64,000 nt of DNA from a virus. The translations under genes were made by a program, and so were the position numbers. The notes under the pieces are model-generated. The model saw nothing but the letters and a program-made list of their open reading frames with translations, did not search any database and had not been told where the DNA came from. The first letter of the stretch is position 1, and every line of letters begins with the position of its first letter. Shown piece after piece: positions 36,106-45,956 of this stretch. The DNA is taken from the IMG/VR virus record IMGVR_UViG_3300017763_000007. One strand, 5' to 3'.

Positions 36106-36846
36106 GTGTACAAGAGAGTCCTCCACCATATAAAAGCGTCAGATCTGCGGGAAACTGCAGGTCTGACTCTGCGTTTTAGGGATGACTTGAATCCTAGGTT
36201 TTGGATTGGTGCTAAACTCAAACCAGAAGTGCGCCGTGCACTGATGAATTTCGCAAAAGCGTTCGCAGACTTTGTTGATCTAGAAGATTCTGCAATCCAA
36301 GACGTGATTATGTTGGGTGGCAATGCTGGATACAACTACACTCAGTACAGCGATATTGATGTTCACCTTGTCATTGACCCAAAACTTATACCACAATGTG
36401 ATCCGGATCTAATCTCGGATTATTTTATGGACAAGAAGACGTTATGGGAACTAACTCATGATGTCAAAGTCTATGGAGCACCTGTAGAACCATATATCGA
36501 ACGTCCTGGGATTACTAGAAAGGTAAGTCAAGGTGTCTATAGTGTTCTAAAGAATAAATGGGTGCAAGAACCACAAAAATTTGATGGTGATATTGATGAG
36601 TTTGAACTGACTAAGAAGACAAACAACCTGAAGAACAAGATTGACATCTTGATTCAGACAGAAAAACCTGAGGCACTCAAGTCAATCGTCAAGAAACTTC
36701 GTGCCGCACGTTCATCCTCGCTTGATAAGTATGGGGAGTATGGGTTTGAGAACCTTGTTTTCAAAGAGTTGCGGAATTCTGGGTATATTGATAAGATACG
36801 TAAGTCCATGGTACAATTGAAGAACAGGAGATTATCGCTTCCATGA
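36106..36846 (+). CDS. Pol-beta-superfamily nucleotidyltransferase-like protein
   Basis: LGGNAGYNYTQYSDIDVHLV fits hG[GS]-x(9-13)-DhD. Confidence 0.7.
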   Translation: MYKRVLHHIKASDLRETAGLTLRFRDDLNPRFWIGAKLKPEVRRALMNFAKAFADFVDLEDSAIQDVIMLGGNAGYNYTQYSDIDVHLVIDPKLIPQCDPDLISDYFMDKKTLWELTHDVKVYGAPVEPYIERPGITRKVSQGVYSVLKNKWVQEPQKFDGDIDEFELTKKTNNLKNKIDILIQTEKPEALKSIVKKLRAARSSSLDKYGEYGFENLVFKELRNSGYIDKIRKSMVQLKNRRLSLP

Positions 36847-37112
36847 TCCAAATTTTAGTATTGAAGAATGATTTGGTTCTGATCTCACGAGTAGAAGAGA
36901 TTGGTACTGAATTGGGGGAACCCGACTGTAAACTCATCAAACCGTACAAGGTTGTCTTGCATGATGGTGGGTGTACTGATAACGTAACTTACGAATCATG
37001 GCCAGAGTTTACAGAGCAGAAGGAATTGATGATTCACTCTGATAGTATTCTGACTATAGTTGAACCTAACAAGCATCAACTTGAAAAATACCAGCAGGTC
37101 ACTGCTGAATGA
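36843..37112 (+). CDS. conserved hypothetical protein upstream of the DNA polymerase
   Basis: GEPDCKLIKPY; synteny. Confidence 0.65.
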   Translation: MIQILVLKNDLVLISRVEEIGTELGEPDCKLIKPYKVVLHDGGCTDNVTYESWPEFTEQKELMIHSDSILTIVEPNKHQLEKYQQVTAE

Positions 37113-39604
37113 GATTTTACACTAACGTGCAGATGGTCGGCAACGACTTTCTGGTTCGTGGGTATGAAAACGGTAGTCCTATCAAAACCAGAGAGAGCTA
37201 TCAACCTACATTATTTGTTCCATCACGTAAGAAAACTCATTTCAAAACACTGGACGGCAAGTATGTCCAGAGCATTCAACCAGGTACAGTCAGGGATTGC
37301 CGTGAGTTCTACAAAACTCATGGTGACGTAGATAACTTCGATATCTACGGTAATAATCGGTACGTATACCAGTACATATCTGATAAGTATCCAGAAGACG
37401 AGATCAAGTTCGACATCAAAAAGATGAAGGTGGTCACCATCGACATCGAGGTGTCTGCTGAGAAAGGATTTCCTACAGTAGAGAACTGTGATGAGGAAAT
37501 GCTTTGCATTACCCTACAGAATTACGCCACTAAGCGTATTCTTACCTTTGGCGTTGGTGCATATAATAATACTGACCCTATGGTCAAGTATGTTCAGTGT
37601 AATGATGAGTATGATTTACTCCAACACTTCATTACATACTGGCAAAGTGACACTCCTGATGTGGTAACCGGGTGGAACTGTCAGTTGTACGACATTCCGT
37701 ACCTATGTAAGCGCATCACACGTGTGCTTGGTGAAAAGGTAATGAAAAAAATGTCTCCATGGGGTCTAGTGACTGCCGAAGAGATGTTTATCATGCATCG
37801 TGAGCGTCTTGTTTATGACATTGCAGGTGTTACAGTCCTTGATTACATGGACTTGTACAAAAAATTCACCTATAAGGCACAAGAAAGTTATAGATTAGAC
37901 TACATCGGTGAAGTTGAACTTGGTGAGAAGAAATTAGACCACTCTGAGTACGATAGTTTCAAGGATTTTTATGCTAACGACTGGCAAAAGTTTGTCAGGT
38001 ACAACATCCAAGACGTGAGATTGGTTGACTCCCTTGAGGAGAAGATGAAACTGATTGAACTTGCCATCACTATGGCATATGACGCCAAGGTGAACTTCAC
38101 AGACGTGTTCTATCAGGTACGGATGTGGGACATGATCATCTATAACGACCTGAAGAAAAAAGGTATCGTTATCCCACCTAAAGCAGATGAAGTAAAGAAC
38201 GAAAAGTATGCTGGTGCTTATGTAAAAGAACCAAAACCTGGCATTTATGAGTGGGTTGTGAGTTTTGACTTGAACTCATTGTATCCACACCTCATCATGC
38301 AGTACAACATCTCTCCTGAGACGCTGTTAGATGAGAGATATCCCTCTGTCAGCGTCGATAAACTACTGAATAAGGAAGTAGACCTGTCGGGTCTTGAGGA
38401 CGTTACTGTGTGCCCTAATGGCGCTATGTTTACCACTAAAACACGTGGGTTCCTGCCCAAATTGATGGACAGGATCTACAGTGAACGGGTGGTCTTCAAG
38501 AAAAAGATGATCCAAGCAAAGAAGGAGTATGAAAAAACTCCTACAAAGGCGTTGGAGAAGGAGATTGCCAGGTGTAATAACATTCAGATGGCAAAGAAGA
38601 TCCAACTAAACTCTGCTTATGGTGCCATTGGCAACAACTATTTCCGGTATTACAAACTAGAGAACGCTGAGGCGATTACTCTGGGGGGTCAGTTCAGCAT
38701 CCGTTGGATTGAAAACCGGATGAATCTATATCTAAACAAATTACTCAACACCAAAGACCATGACTACGTTATTGCTTCCGATACTGACAGTATCTATTTG
38801 TGTCTTGATCTACTTGTCAATAGTGTATTTGATGTACAAAAAGTTTCTAAAGAGAGGATTGTTGATTTCATCAACGACGCCTGCGAGAAGCGATTTGAAC
38901 CATACATATCGAAATGCTACGAGGAACTCTCGTCCTATGTGAATGCTTATGATCAGAAGATGTTCATGAAGAGAGAAACTATCGCTGAACGTGGCATTTG
39001 GACTGCTAAGAAGCGATATATCCTCAACGCATGGGACATTGAAGGTGTGAGGTTTGCTGAACCAAAACTCAAGATCATGGGTATCGAAGCAGTCAAGTCA
39101 TCTACACCTGCACCTTGCCGTCAGATGATCAAAGATGCTTTGAAGATCATCATGAGCAAAACTGAGGATGATGTGATCGATTACATCGATAAGTCACGTC
39201 GTGAGTTTAGAAAAATGGATCCTGCTGCGGTTGCATTCCCCCGATCATGCAATAATCTGGACAAATATAAGAGTACATTGTCCATTTATGGGAAGGGTAC
39301 ACCTATTCATGTCCGAGGTTCATTGCTTTATAACCACTACCTGAAGAAGCATAAGTTAGACTCTAAATATAATGCTATCAACAATGGCGACAAGGTAAAG
39401 TTCTGCTATTTGACCAAACCCAACCCAACTCAAGAGAATGTGATCTCTTTTGTGGGCGATTTTCCAAAAGAACTGGGTCTAGCAAACTATGTTGACTACA
39501 CGTTGATGTTTGATAAATCATTTGTTGAACCGCTCAAGGCGGTTCTGGATGCTATCGGCTGGTCAGTTGAGAAAACCGCAACGCTGGATCTTTTCTTTGT
39601 CTGA
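37109..39604 (+). CDS. gp43: DNA polymerase gp43 (family B)
   Basis: DIEV exonuclease motif, SFDLNSLYP, KIQLNSAYG, SDTDS, KKRY; no intein or intron. Confidence 0.98.
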   Translation: MRFYTNVQMVGNDFLVRGYENGSPIKTRESYQPTLFVPSRKKTHFKTLDGKYVQSIQPGTVRDCREFYKTHGDVDNFDIYGNNRYVYQYISDKYPEDEIKFDIKKMKVVTIDIEVSAEKGFPTVENCDEEMLCITLQNYATKRILTFGVGAYNNTDPMVKYVQCNDEYDLLQHFITYWQSDTPDVVTGWNCQLYDIPYLCKRITRVLGEKVMKKMSPWGLVTAEEMFIMHRERLVYDIAGVTVLDYMDLYKKFTYKAQESYRLDYIGEVELGEKKLDHSEYDSFKDFYANDWQKFVRYNIQDVRLVDSLEEKMKLIELAITMAYDAKVNFTDVFYQVRMWDMIIYNDLKKKGIVIPPKADEVKNEKYAGAYVKEPKPGIYEWVVSFDLNSLYPHLIMQYNISPETLLDERYPSVSVDKLLNKEVDLSGLEDVTVCPNGAMFTTKTRGFLPKLMDRIYSERVVFKKKMIQAKKEYEKTPTKALEKEIARCNNIQMAKKIQLNSAYGAIGNNYFRYYKLENAEAITLGGQFSIRWIENRMNLYLNKLLNTKDHDYVIASDTDSIYLCLDLLVNSVFDVQKVSKERIVDFINDACEKRFEPYISKCYEELSSYVNAYDQKMFMKRETIAERGIWTAKKRYILNAWDIEGVRFAEPKLKIMGIEAVKSSTPAPCRQMIKDALKIIMSKTEDDVIDYIDKSRREFRKMDPAAVAFPRSCNNLDKYKSTLSIYGKGTPIHVRGSLLYNHYLKKHKLDSKYNAINNGDKVKFCYLTKPNPTQENVISFVGDFPKELGLANYVDYTLMFDKSFVEPLKAVLDAIGWSVEKTATLDLFFV

Positions 39605-39613
39605 TGCTATAAT
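39605..39613 (+). promoter_or_regulatory. extended -10 promoter (TGcTATAAT)
   Basis: Perfect TGn-TATAAT. Confidence 0.65.
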
Positions 39614-39632
39614 CAAACTACTCTGAGACCTT

Positions 39633-39803
39633 ATGGACCTTCCCATTACCGATAAAGAACTCAAAACCATTGTCGATGCTCTGCGTCTTGGTGGTGACAC
39701 TTCTCTTTATCAAAAATTGAATACCATCCACCAAATCCGTAAGGATAATCCTGGTGGTCCGTACAAAAAAATTGCTAGAGAGCAGTTCGGTTACGTTATC
39801 TAA
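39633..39803 (+). CDS. small hypothetical protein (56 aa)
   Basis: Translated by hand: MDLPITDKELKTIVDALRLGGD... Confidence 0.6.
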   Translation: MDLPITDKELKTIVDALRLGGDTSLYQKLNTIHQIRKDNPGGPYKKIAREQFGYVI

Positions 39804-40261
39804 TGTTTTTTGAAAAAGTGAGCCTGGTGACAGGCGGATTTGACCCTATTCATAGTGGTCATTTGCATTATTTTGATTGTGCTAAAGATTATTCAGACTA
39901 CCTGGTGGTAGGTTTGAATGGCGATCCCTGGTTGAAACGTAAAAAGGGTCAGTATTTTCAGTCTTGGACTGAGCGTGCTGACATCGTTCGCCATTTGGAT
40001 ATGGTTGACGCTGTGGTATCATGGGACGACGCTGATGACAGTGCCTGTGGTGCTATTGCTAAGTCCTTAGAGATTGCAGAGACAGTTGTCTTCTGTAATG
40101 GTGGTGATCGTGGTGTCGATAACACCCCAGAACTCCAACGGTATAAAGATGACCCACGTGTTATCTTTGAATGGGGTGTTGGGGGACAAGAAAAAATGAA
40201 TAGCAGTTCGTGGATTCTCCACGGATATTTTGAGAGGCAACGCAAACTACTGGGTATTTGA
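39803..40261 (+). CDS. cytidylyltransferase (RfaE/TagD-like)
   Basis: TGGFDPIHSGH (intact HxGH), NGGDR, NSSS. Confidence 0.9.
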   Translation: MFFEKVSLVTGGFDPIHSGHLHYFDCAKDYSDYLVVGLNGDPWLKRKKGQYFQSWTERADIVRHLDMVDAVVSWDDADDSACGAIAKSLEIAETVVFCNGGDRGVDNTPELQRYKDDPRVIFEWGVGGQEKMNSSSWILHGYFERQRKLLGI

Positions 40262-40262
40262 C

Positions 40263-41273
40263 ATGGACTTTTTCAAAGACATCATCAAGGAGATTGGAGA
40301 TGACTTCACAAAACTCGCATCGGATGTTGACGATACGGAGCGATTTGTTGACACTGGTTCTTACATTTTCAATGCCCTTGTTAGTGGCAGCATTTATGGG
40401 GGAATTAGTGGTGACAGAATCACCGCTATTGCAGGTGAAACCTCAACAGGAAAAACGTTCTTCTCCCTCGCCGTAGTCAAAGATTTTTTAGAGAAGAACC
40501 CTGATGGTGGGGTTATGTATTTTGATACAGAATCTGCTATCAAGAAGAACATGCTGGAGGCACGTGGTATTGACCTGCAAAGGTTTGGTCATGTGCAGGT
40601 TGTAACGATTGAGCAGTTCCGGAACCGAGCACTAAAGATTGTAGACAAATACCTAAGCATTCCTGAAGGTGAGCGTAAACCTATGATGTTTGTCCTAGAT
40701 TCTCTAGGCATGCTTTCCACGGAAAAGGAGATCAGGGATGTCCTTGACGACAAGCAAACTCGCGACATGACTAAAAGTCAACTTGTCAAAGGTGCTTTCC
40801 GCATGCTCACACTCAAACTAGGTCAAGCACATGTACCGCTCATTGTCACCAACCATACTTACGATGTCATCGGAGCTTACGTACCAACTAAGGAGATGGG
40901 AGGGGGTTCTGGACTCAAGTATGCAGCGAGTACGATCATCTATCTCAGCAAAGCAAAAGAAAAGGATGGAACGGAAATCGTTGGAAACATTATCAAGGCT
41001 AAGGCAGTCAAGTCACGTCTAAGCAGGGAGAATAAAGTTGCGGCTATACGTCTTTATTACGATGAGCGTGGTCTTGATCGATATTATGGTCTTCTTGAAC
41101 TCGGTGAGAGCACTGGGGTAATCAAGAAAGTCGGAAATCGATATGAGATTGACGGTAAAAAGGTGTATGCTAAAGAGGTATACGCCAACCCTGAAAAGTA
41201 TTTCACGGAAGACCTTATGTCTCTGCTTGATGATGCGGCACAGAAAGAGTTCACTTACGGTGGGGGTGAATGA
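40263..41273 (+). CDS. uvsX: RecA-like recombinase UvsX
   Basis: AGETSTGKT, FDTESA, LDSLGML, MGGGSGLKYAAS. Confidence 0.96.
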   Translation: MDFFKDIIKEIGDDFTKLASDVDDTERFVDTGSYIFNALVSGSIYGGISGDRITAIAGETSTGKTFFSLAVVKDFLEKNPDGGVMYFDTESAIKKNMLEARGIDLQRFGHVQVVTIEQFRNRALKIVDKYLSIPEGERKPMMFVLDSLGMLSTEKEIRDVLDDKQTRDMTKSQLVKGAFRMLTLKLGQAHVPLIVTNHTYDVIGAYVPTKEMGGGSGLKYAASTIIYLSKAKEKDGTEIVGNIIKAKAVKSRLSRENKVAAIRLYYDERGLDRYYGLLELGESTGVIKKVGNRYEIDGKKVYAKEVYANPEKYFTEDLMSLLDDAAQKEFTYGGGE

Positions 41274-42658
41274 CCGAAAGGATCCCGCTAACGATCCTCA
41301 GCAATCTGGTCACAGATGAAAACTATGCACGGCAGGTACTGCCGTTCATAGAACCCGATTATTTTGAAGAAAGGACTGATCGGGTAGTCTTTGAGCAGGT
41401 TGCTTCTTTTCTATCTGAGTATGATGCTCTTCCTAGTAAGGAGGTTCTTCATATTGAGATTGAAAAACGGACAGATATTACTCAAGACGAGCACACCACG
41501 ATCACTCAGTTGGTGTCTTCTCTTGAAGAAAGTGAGTCTGAGTCTAAGTGGTTACTTGACACTACTGAATCGTGGTGTAAGCAACGTGCTATCTACCTAG
41601 CACTAATCAAAAGTATCCAGGTTGCTGATGGTGCTGATGAAAATCTTGCTCCCGATGCAATTCCTGGTATTCTTTCCGATGCTCTTGCTGTCGGGTTTGA
41701 TCAAAGTGTTGGACATGATTACCTGGATGATGCCGAGGCTCGCTATGAGTATTATCATCGGGTTGAGAATAAAATTCCTTTTGATCTTGAATATCTCAAT
41801 AAGATTACTTCAGGTGGACTGAGTGACAAGACTCTCAACATTGCTTTAGCTGGCACTGGTGTTGGTAAGTCTTTGTTCATGTGTCACGTCGCTGCTAGTG
41901 TTCTTCTCCAAGGAAAAAATGTTCTATACATTACCATGGAGATGTCTGAAGAGAAAATTGCAGAGAGGATTGACGCTAATCTTCTCGATGTCAACATTTC
42001 AGATATACAGAATGTACCTGAACAAATTTTCAAAAAGAAAATTGCAAAGATTGTATCCAAAACAACTGGTCATCTGATTGTCAAAGAATATCCTACTGCT
42101 TCCGCACATGTAGGACATTTCCGTGCATTACTTCAGGAGTTGAAGTTGAAAAAATCTTTCATTCCTGATATAATATTTGTGGACTATCTCAACATATGTG
42201 CTTCATCTCGATATAGAGGTGCTGCAAACGTGAATTCTTATTCTTATGTCAAAGCAATCGCAGAAGAACTCCGGGGGCTCGCGGTCGAAACCGCTGTCCC
42301 AGTGGTCTCAGCTACGCAGACTACTCGCTCTGGTTTTTCTAGTTCAGACCCTAACCTTACTGATACTTCTGAATCATTTGGCCTTCCAGCTACCGCTGAT
42401 CTTATGTTCGCTTTGGTTTCTACCGAAGATATGGAACGACTTAGCCAAATAATGGTCAAGCAGTTGAAGAATCGTTACAACGATATCAACATGCATAAGC
42501 GGTTTGTCGTGGGGATTGACCGTGCTAAGATGAGATTGTACGACTGCGAACAGACAGCACAGGAAGACCTGGTTGACGACATCGTAGAAGTACAACACAC
42601 GTCGAAAGACGACAACACAAAATCCAAATCAAAATTCGACGACTTCAAATGGGAGTAG
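41270..42658 (+). CDS. gp41: replicative helicase gp41
   Basis: AGTGVGKS, FVDYLNI, SESFGLPATAD, KQLKNRY. Confidence 0.97.
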   Translation: MTERIPLTILSNLVTDENYARQVLPFIEPDYFEERTDRVVFEQVASFLSEYDALPSKEVLHIEIEKRTDITQDEHTTITQLVSSLEESESESKWLLDTTESWCKQRAIYLALIKSIQVADGADENLAPDAIPGILSDALAVGFDQSVGHDYLDDAEARYEYYHRVENKIPFDLEYLNKITSGGLSDKTLNIALAGTGVGKSLFMCHVAASVLLQGKNVLYITMEMSEEKIAERIDANLLDVNISDIQNVPEQIFKKKIAKIVSKTTGHLIVKEYPTASAHVGHFRALLQELKLKKSFIPDIIFVDYLNICASSRYRGAANVNSYSYVKAIAEELRGLAVETAVPVVSATQTTRSGFSSSDPNLTDTSESFGLPATADLMFALVSTEDMERLSQIMVKQLKNRYNDINMHKRFVVGIDRAKMRLYDCEQTAQEDLVDDIVEVQHTSKDDNTKSKSKFDDFKWE

Positions 42659-43050
42659 ATTTTTCTAATTACCAACGTTTTGTAAACGGTGTTACTAGCA
42701 CTGAATCACAAGATTCTGATGCTTTCATCTACCGTCTGCAAGAACTTGGTGGTGAAATTGCAATCCAACGTCTTCTAACTGCTGCTGTAGGCATCTCTGC
42801 TGAAGGTGGTGAGTTTACGGAGATCGTAAAGAAAATGATTTTCCAAGGCAAACCTGCTAATGAAGAGAACTTGTATCACCTAAAGAGAGAATTGGGTGAT
42901 GTGATGTGGTATGTGGCACAAGCATGTATGGCACTGGATGTGGACATGGATGAAGTGCTAGATATGAACATCAAGAAACTGGAAGCACGTTTCCCTGAGG
43001 GGCATTTCAGTGAGTTCTATTCAGAGAATCGTAAAGATGGAGACATCTAA
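42649..43050 (+). CDS. mazG: MazG-like nucleotide pyrophosphohydrolase
   Basis: EGGEFTEIVKK, ELGDVMWY. Confidence 0.92.
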   Translation: MGVDFSNYQRFVNGVTSTESQDSDAFIYRLQELGGEIAIQRLLTAAVGISAEGGEFTEIVKKMIFQGKPANEENLYHLKRELGDVMWYVAQACMALDVDMDEVLDMNIKKLEARFPEGHFSEFYSENRKDGDI

Positions 43051-43726
43051 CCTTTGTATTACCTGCATCAAAATTGGAGACAAATTTGATGCAGAATATG
43101 TAAACAAACTCTACGACATGGTGCATCGCCAAATCGATGTACCATTTTTTTGTTTTACTGATAACCCCAGTGGCATCAAAGAAGGTGTTACTGTGGTTGA
43201 GATTGATGTTACTGAATATTCTCAATGGGAGAATTGGTGGCCAGCATGGTGGAAGATCAATATGTTTGTCCGTCCTGAAATACAGGACTTCAAACGTAAA
43301 ATTTTCTTTGATTTAGATGTAATCATCCATGGAGACATCACCAAGATTTTAGAAAGTAATAGTCCATTTGCTCTGGTCTATTCTTCTTGGAAAGGATTGC
43401 CTTTTCAAGTCAAAAACCCAACCAAATCGATGTTCAATTCCAGTGTAATTGCATGGGATGATGCAAAGCACATCTATGATCACTGGATGCAGGATGCCAA
43501 GGGGTTTGTTGCTAAGTATGCTGGCACTGATGACTTCTACCACAACGAAAAGATCAAAAGATATCGTCTCCCTCCCATCATCTATTCATATAGGGATGGT
43601 TGTGCTCCACGTCAAGAAAATTCTTTAGAGTTTAGACCGTCGATGGGACTTGCTATTCTCCATCAGCACCCCAAGAACCATGAACTAGACCCAAATATAC
43701 ATATTATTGCTAGGTATTGGGGATAG
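43037..43726 (+). CDS. GT-A glycosyltransferase-like protein
   Basis: CIKIGDKF..YVNKL, CFTD, WWKINMF, FFDLD (DxD). Confidence 0.75.
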   Translation: METSNLCITCIKIGDKFDAEYVNKLYDMVHRQIDVPFFCFTDNPSGIKEGVTVVEIDVTEYSQWENWWPAWWKINMFVRPEIQDFKRKIFFDLDVIIHGDITKILESNSPFALVYSSWKGLPFQVKNPTKSMFNSSVIAWDDAKHIYDHWMQDAKGFVAKYAGTDDFYHNEKIKRYRLPPIIYSYRDGCAPRQENSLEFRPSMGLAILHQHPKNHELDPNIHIIARYWG

Positions 43727-43728
43727 TA

Positions 43729-44826
43729 ATGGCAAAAATTGATCCAAAGCATCTCAAGAAATATACTGTCAAGTGGATTCTTTCTAATGAACCACTTGAT
43801 TTTTTTATGAGAATTGCTAAGTCATTCGAGCATCATATGGATCGCCGTATGCCTGGTAGAGTCAATTTTGAAATTATGTCTGCTCAAGAGTATGCAGTCA
43901 AGTATAATGGTGGAGTTGAGATTGATCATGATGATGTTCTTAGACTGTTGAAAGAAAATGAAATCCAACTAGCAGATTTTCCTGCACCTTTGTTTGCACA
44001 AAAGATCAAAGAGCGTTATCAGAATCGTCAAACTAAGGGAAAAGATTTAGATTTTGTTGAAAGTGATTGGTCAAGCATTGAAATGCCATTTCTTTTTAGA
44101 AATGAAACGCATGCCACTGCGTTTATGCAATCTAAAATGGGTGAAGAACTTATTTACTATCGTAATCAGTTGAAAGTAAAACCTATGGCAATGGTGTCTT
44201 GGGGTGGATCTAAATTGATTGCTGGGGACAAACCCTATACATCACCTGAGGATTTTGAAGGTAGTAAAGTTAGTCTCCAATACCATACTGCAGTATCAGA
44301 GAAAATTTTTGAGTCTTTGGGTGCTGAGGTCACTGATTCTGACGCTGATGCATATGAGACAGACATGCCCTCCTTTGATATGTCTAAGAAGGTGGTTACT
44401 GAACTGAATCACAGCATCAATACCAATATCATTCTTGCATCTCATCAGTTTTGGAGGAATGTAATCAAGTGTGAGTGTGATTACAGAGAGCATACTAAAG
44501 AAGAAGAGGATGCTTGTCTAAGAAAACAATTGAAACGTGCATGTAATGAAGCAACACGTGACAGAGACGTGTGGAATGATGAAATGACTGCTAAGTTTAG
44601 GCAAGAATGTGAGTCAAGAGGCATTGAGTTACATCAGGTATCTGACTCCACTCCTTTCAAAGAAAAGACTGCTTCTGTATATGATCAGTTTGTAAAATTC
44701 TTTTATGACGAACAGTTTATTGACAGTGAAAGTGAGGTTGTCAAGCATGACCTCAGAACAAGAGTGAATGATTTGTCTGACAACAGTAGAAGTGCTTGGT
44801 GTGACGACCTTACTATTGACCAATGA
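43729..44826 (+). CDS. TRAP transporter substrate-binding protein (DctP-like), no signal peptide
   Basis: EMPFLFRNETHA..F..S..GEEL, GG.K....KP..SPEDFEG.KV, FESLGA pattern of the DctP family. Confidence 0.7.
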   Translation: MAKIDPKHLKKYTVKWILSNEPLDFFMRIAKSFEHHMDRRMPGRVNFEIMSAQEYAVKYNGGVEIDHDDVLRLLKENEIQLADFPAPLFAQKIKERYQNRQTKGKDLDFVESDWSSIEMPFLFRNETHATAFMQSKMGEELIYYRNQLKVKPMAMVSWGGSKLIAGDKPYTSPEDFEGSKVSLQYHTAVSEKIFESLGAEVTDSDADAYETDMPSFDMSKKVVTELNHSINTNIILASHQFWRNVIKCECDYREHTKEEEDACLRKQLKRACNEATRDRDVWNDEMTAKFRQECESRGIELHQVSDSTPFKEKTASVYDQFVKFFYDEQFIDSESEVVKHDLRTRVNDLSDNSRSAWCDDLTIDQ

Positions 44827-45125
44827 ACGAAATTATTGATTCAATTATCGAGATCTATCGATCAACTCCTGAGGGTAATCGTAGGATGACAAGGAAGAGG
44901 CAGATGAATAGTTTCTGCCGATTTGTATTGATGATTACTGACACCGATAAATACAAGCAGTACCGAGCACCTTTGATGGTGTGGGTCCAGAAGTATCAGG
45001 ATCAAATTTACAGCAAACTAAGTGAAGAAGTTCTCGACCTTCATATCCGAAGCCCGCGTAACCAAAGCATCGCAAGAAGCGAAGCGTTTGGGACTCGTCG
45101 GGGACGGTCACGGCGATTGGTATGA
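44823..45125 (+). CDS. hypothetical protein
   Basis: Coupled ORF; its C-terminus overlaps the next gene by 104 nt. Confidence 0.5.
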   Translation: MNEIIDSIIEIYRSTPEGNRRMTRKRQMNSFCRFVLMITDTDKYKQYRAPLMVWVQKYQDQIYSKLSEEVLDLHIRSPRNQSIARSEAFGTRRGRSRRLV

Positions 45126-45918
45126 CCGCCAAGGAAACCTAAAGGCAAAAACTGTCCAGGGTTTACTTCAAATGTATTCATCCTCTGCTGGGGATGAGGA
45201 TGGACTTGGCACGTCAGGATCTAAAGCAGCATCGGTTGTAGCAAAAAGGACTACCGGTGATGGTGAAGACTATGCTAGGAAGGTAGCAACAGGTGGACCG
45301 TCATCTGCGGAACCTAATCCTAACTCTGCCAATGGACAAGCAAAAGCAGCACTCCAACAGGTCAGTCGGGATAACCCCCTTACAATTGCCTTTGATAAGT
45401 TTGACTCTGACGAGGTAACTGCTAATATACTGTCCACTGTGGAAGAAGTTTCCGGTGGCACTTACTACTACGTGTTCCCTAGCAGGGAAACAAACATTCA
45501 AGAGCTAAAAAATGCATATCCTGAGATTGGCGATGCCTTCGTTGATGACGCAAACGCAGAGACCATCTACGATGTCCTCTCCTCCCTCTATGAAAACGGT
45601 TTTGACGCGATTAGTATCGTTGTACGACAGTCAAGAGCAAAAGAAATCTCAGAGTTAGCACTCAAAGGAAACGGTCAACTATACAATTTTGTAATGTTGA
45701 ACGTCATCCCTGTGGATGAGCGTAGTATCCGTGAACAGTATATTTCTGGTGACATTTTCCAGAATGGATCCGTTATTGAGTCCAACGGAAAGGTGGGTCA
45801 AGTATTCCGTAGAGGTGCTAATCACCTGATTTGTATGGGTGAAGATAAAAAAATCTTTAGAGCATGGATTTCTGACTCTAGGCAAGTAGATAAGTTTCTC
45901 TTACCCCAAGACTTTTGA
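45022..45918 (+). CDS. degenerate cyanophage cytidyltransferase-like protein with capsid-targeting-like N-terminus
   Basis: MKKFSTFISE|A; LTIAF..., TIYDVL, NGQLYNF and RRGANHLIC match my recollection of the family, but HxGH is absent. Confidence 0.6.
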   Translation: MKKFSTFISEARVTKASQEAKRLGLVGDGHGDWYDRQGNLKAKTVQGLLQMYSSSAGDEDGLGTSGSKAASVVAKRTTGDGEDYARKVATGGPSSAEPNPNSANGQAKAALQQVSRDNPLTIAFDKFDSDEVTANILSTVEEVSGGTYYYVFPSRETNIQELKNAYPEIGDAFVDDANAETIYDVLSSLYENGFDAISIVVRQSRAKEISELALKGNGQLYNFVMLNVIPVDERSIREQYISGDIFQNGSVIESNGKVGQVFRRGANHLICMGEDKKIFRAWISDSRQVDKFLLPQDF

Positions 45919-45922
45919 CTCA

Positions 45923-45929
45923 CTAAATA
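45923..45929 (+). promoter_or_regulatory. late promoter (CTAAATA)
   Basis: Upstream of the 45957 ORF. Confidence 0.6.
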
Positions 45930-45956
45930 ATTGAACGGTAAAGCTACGTTCGTAAG

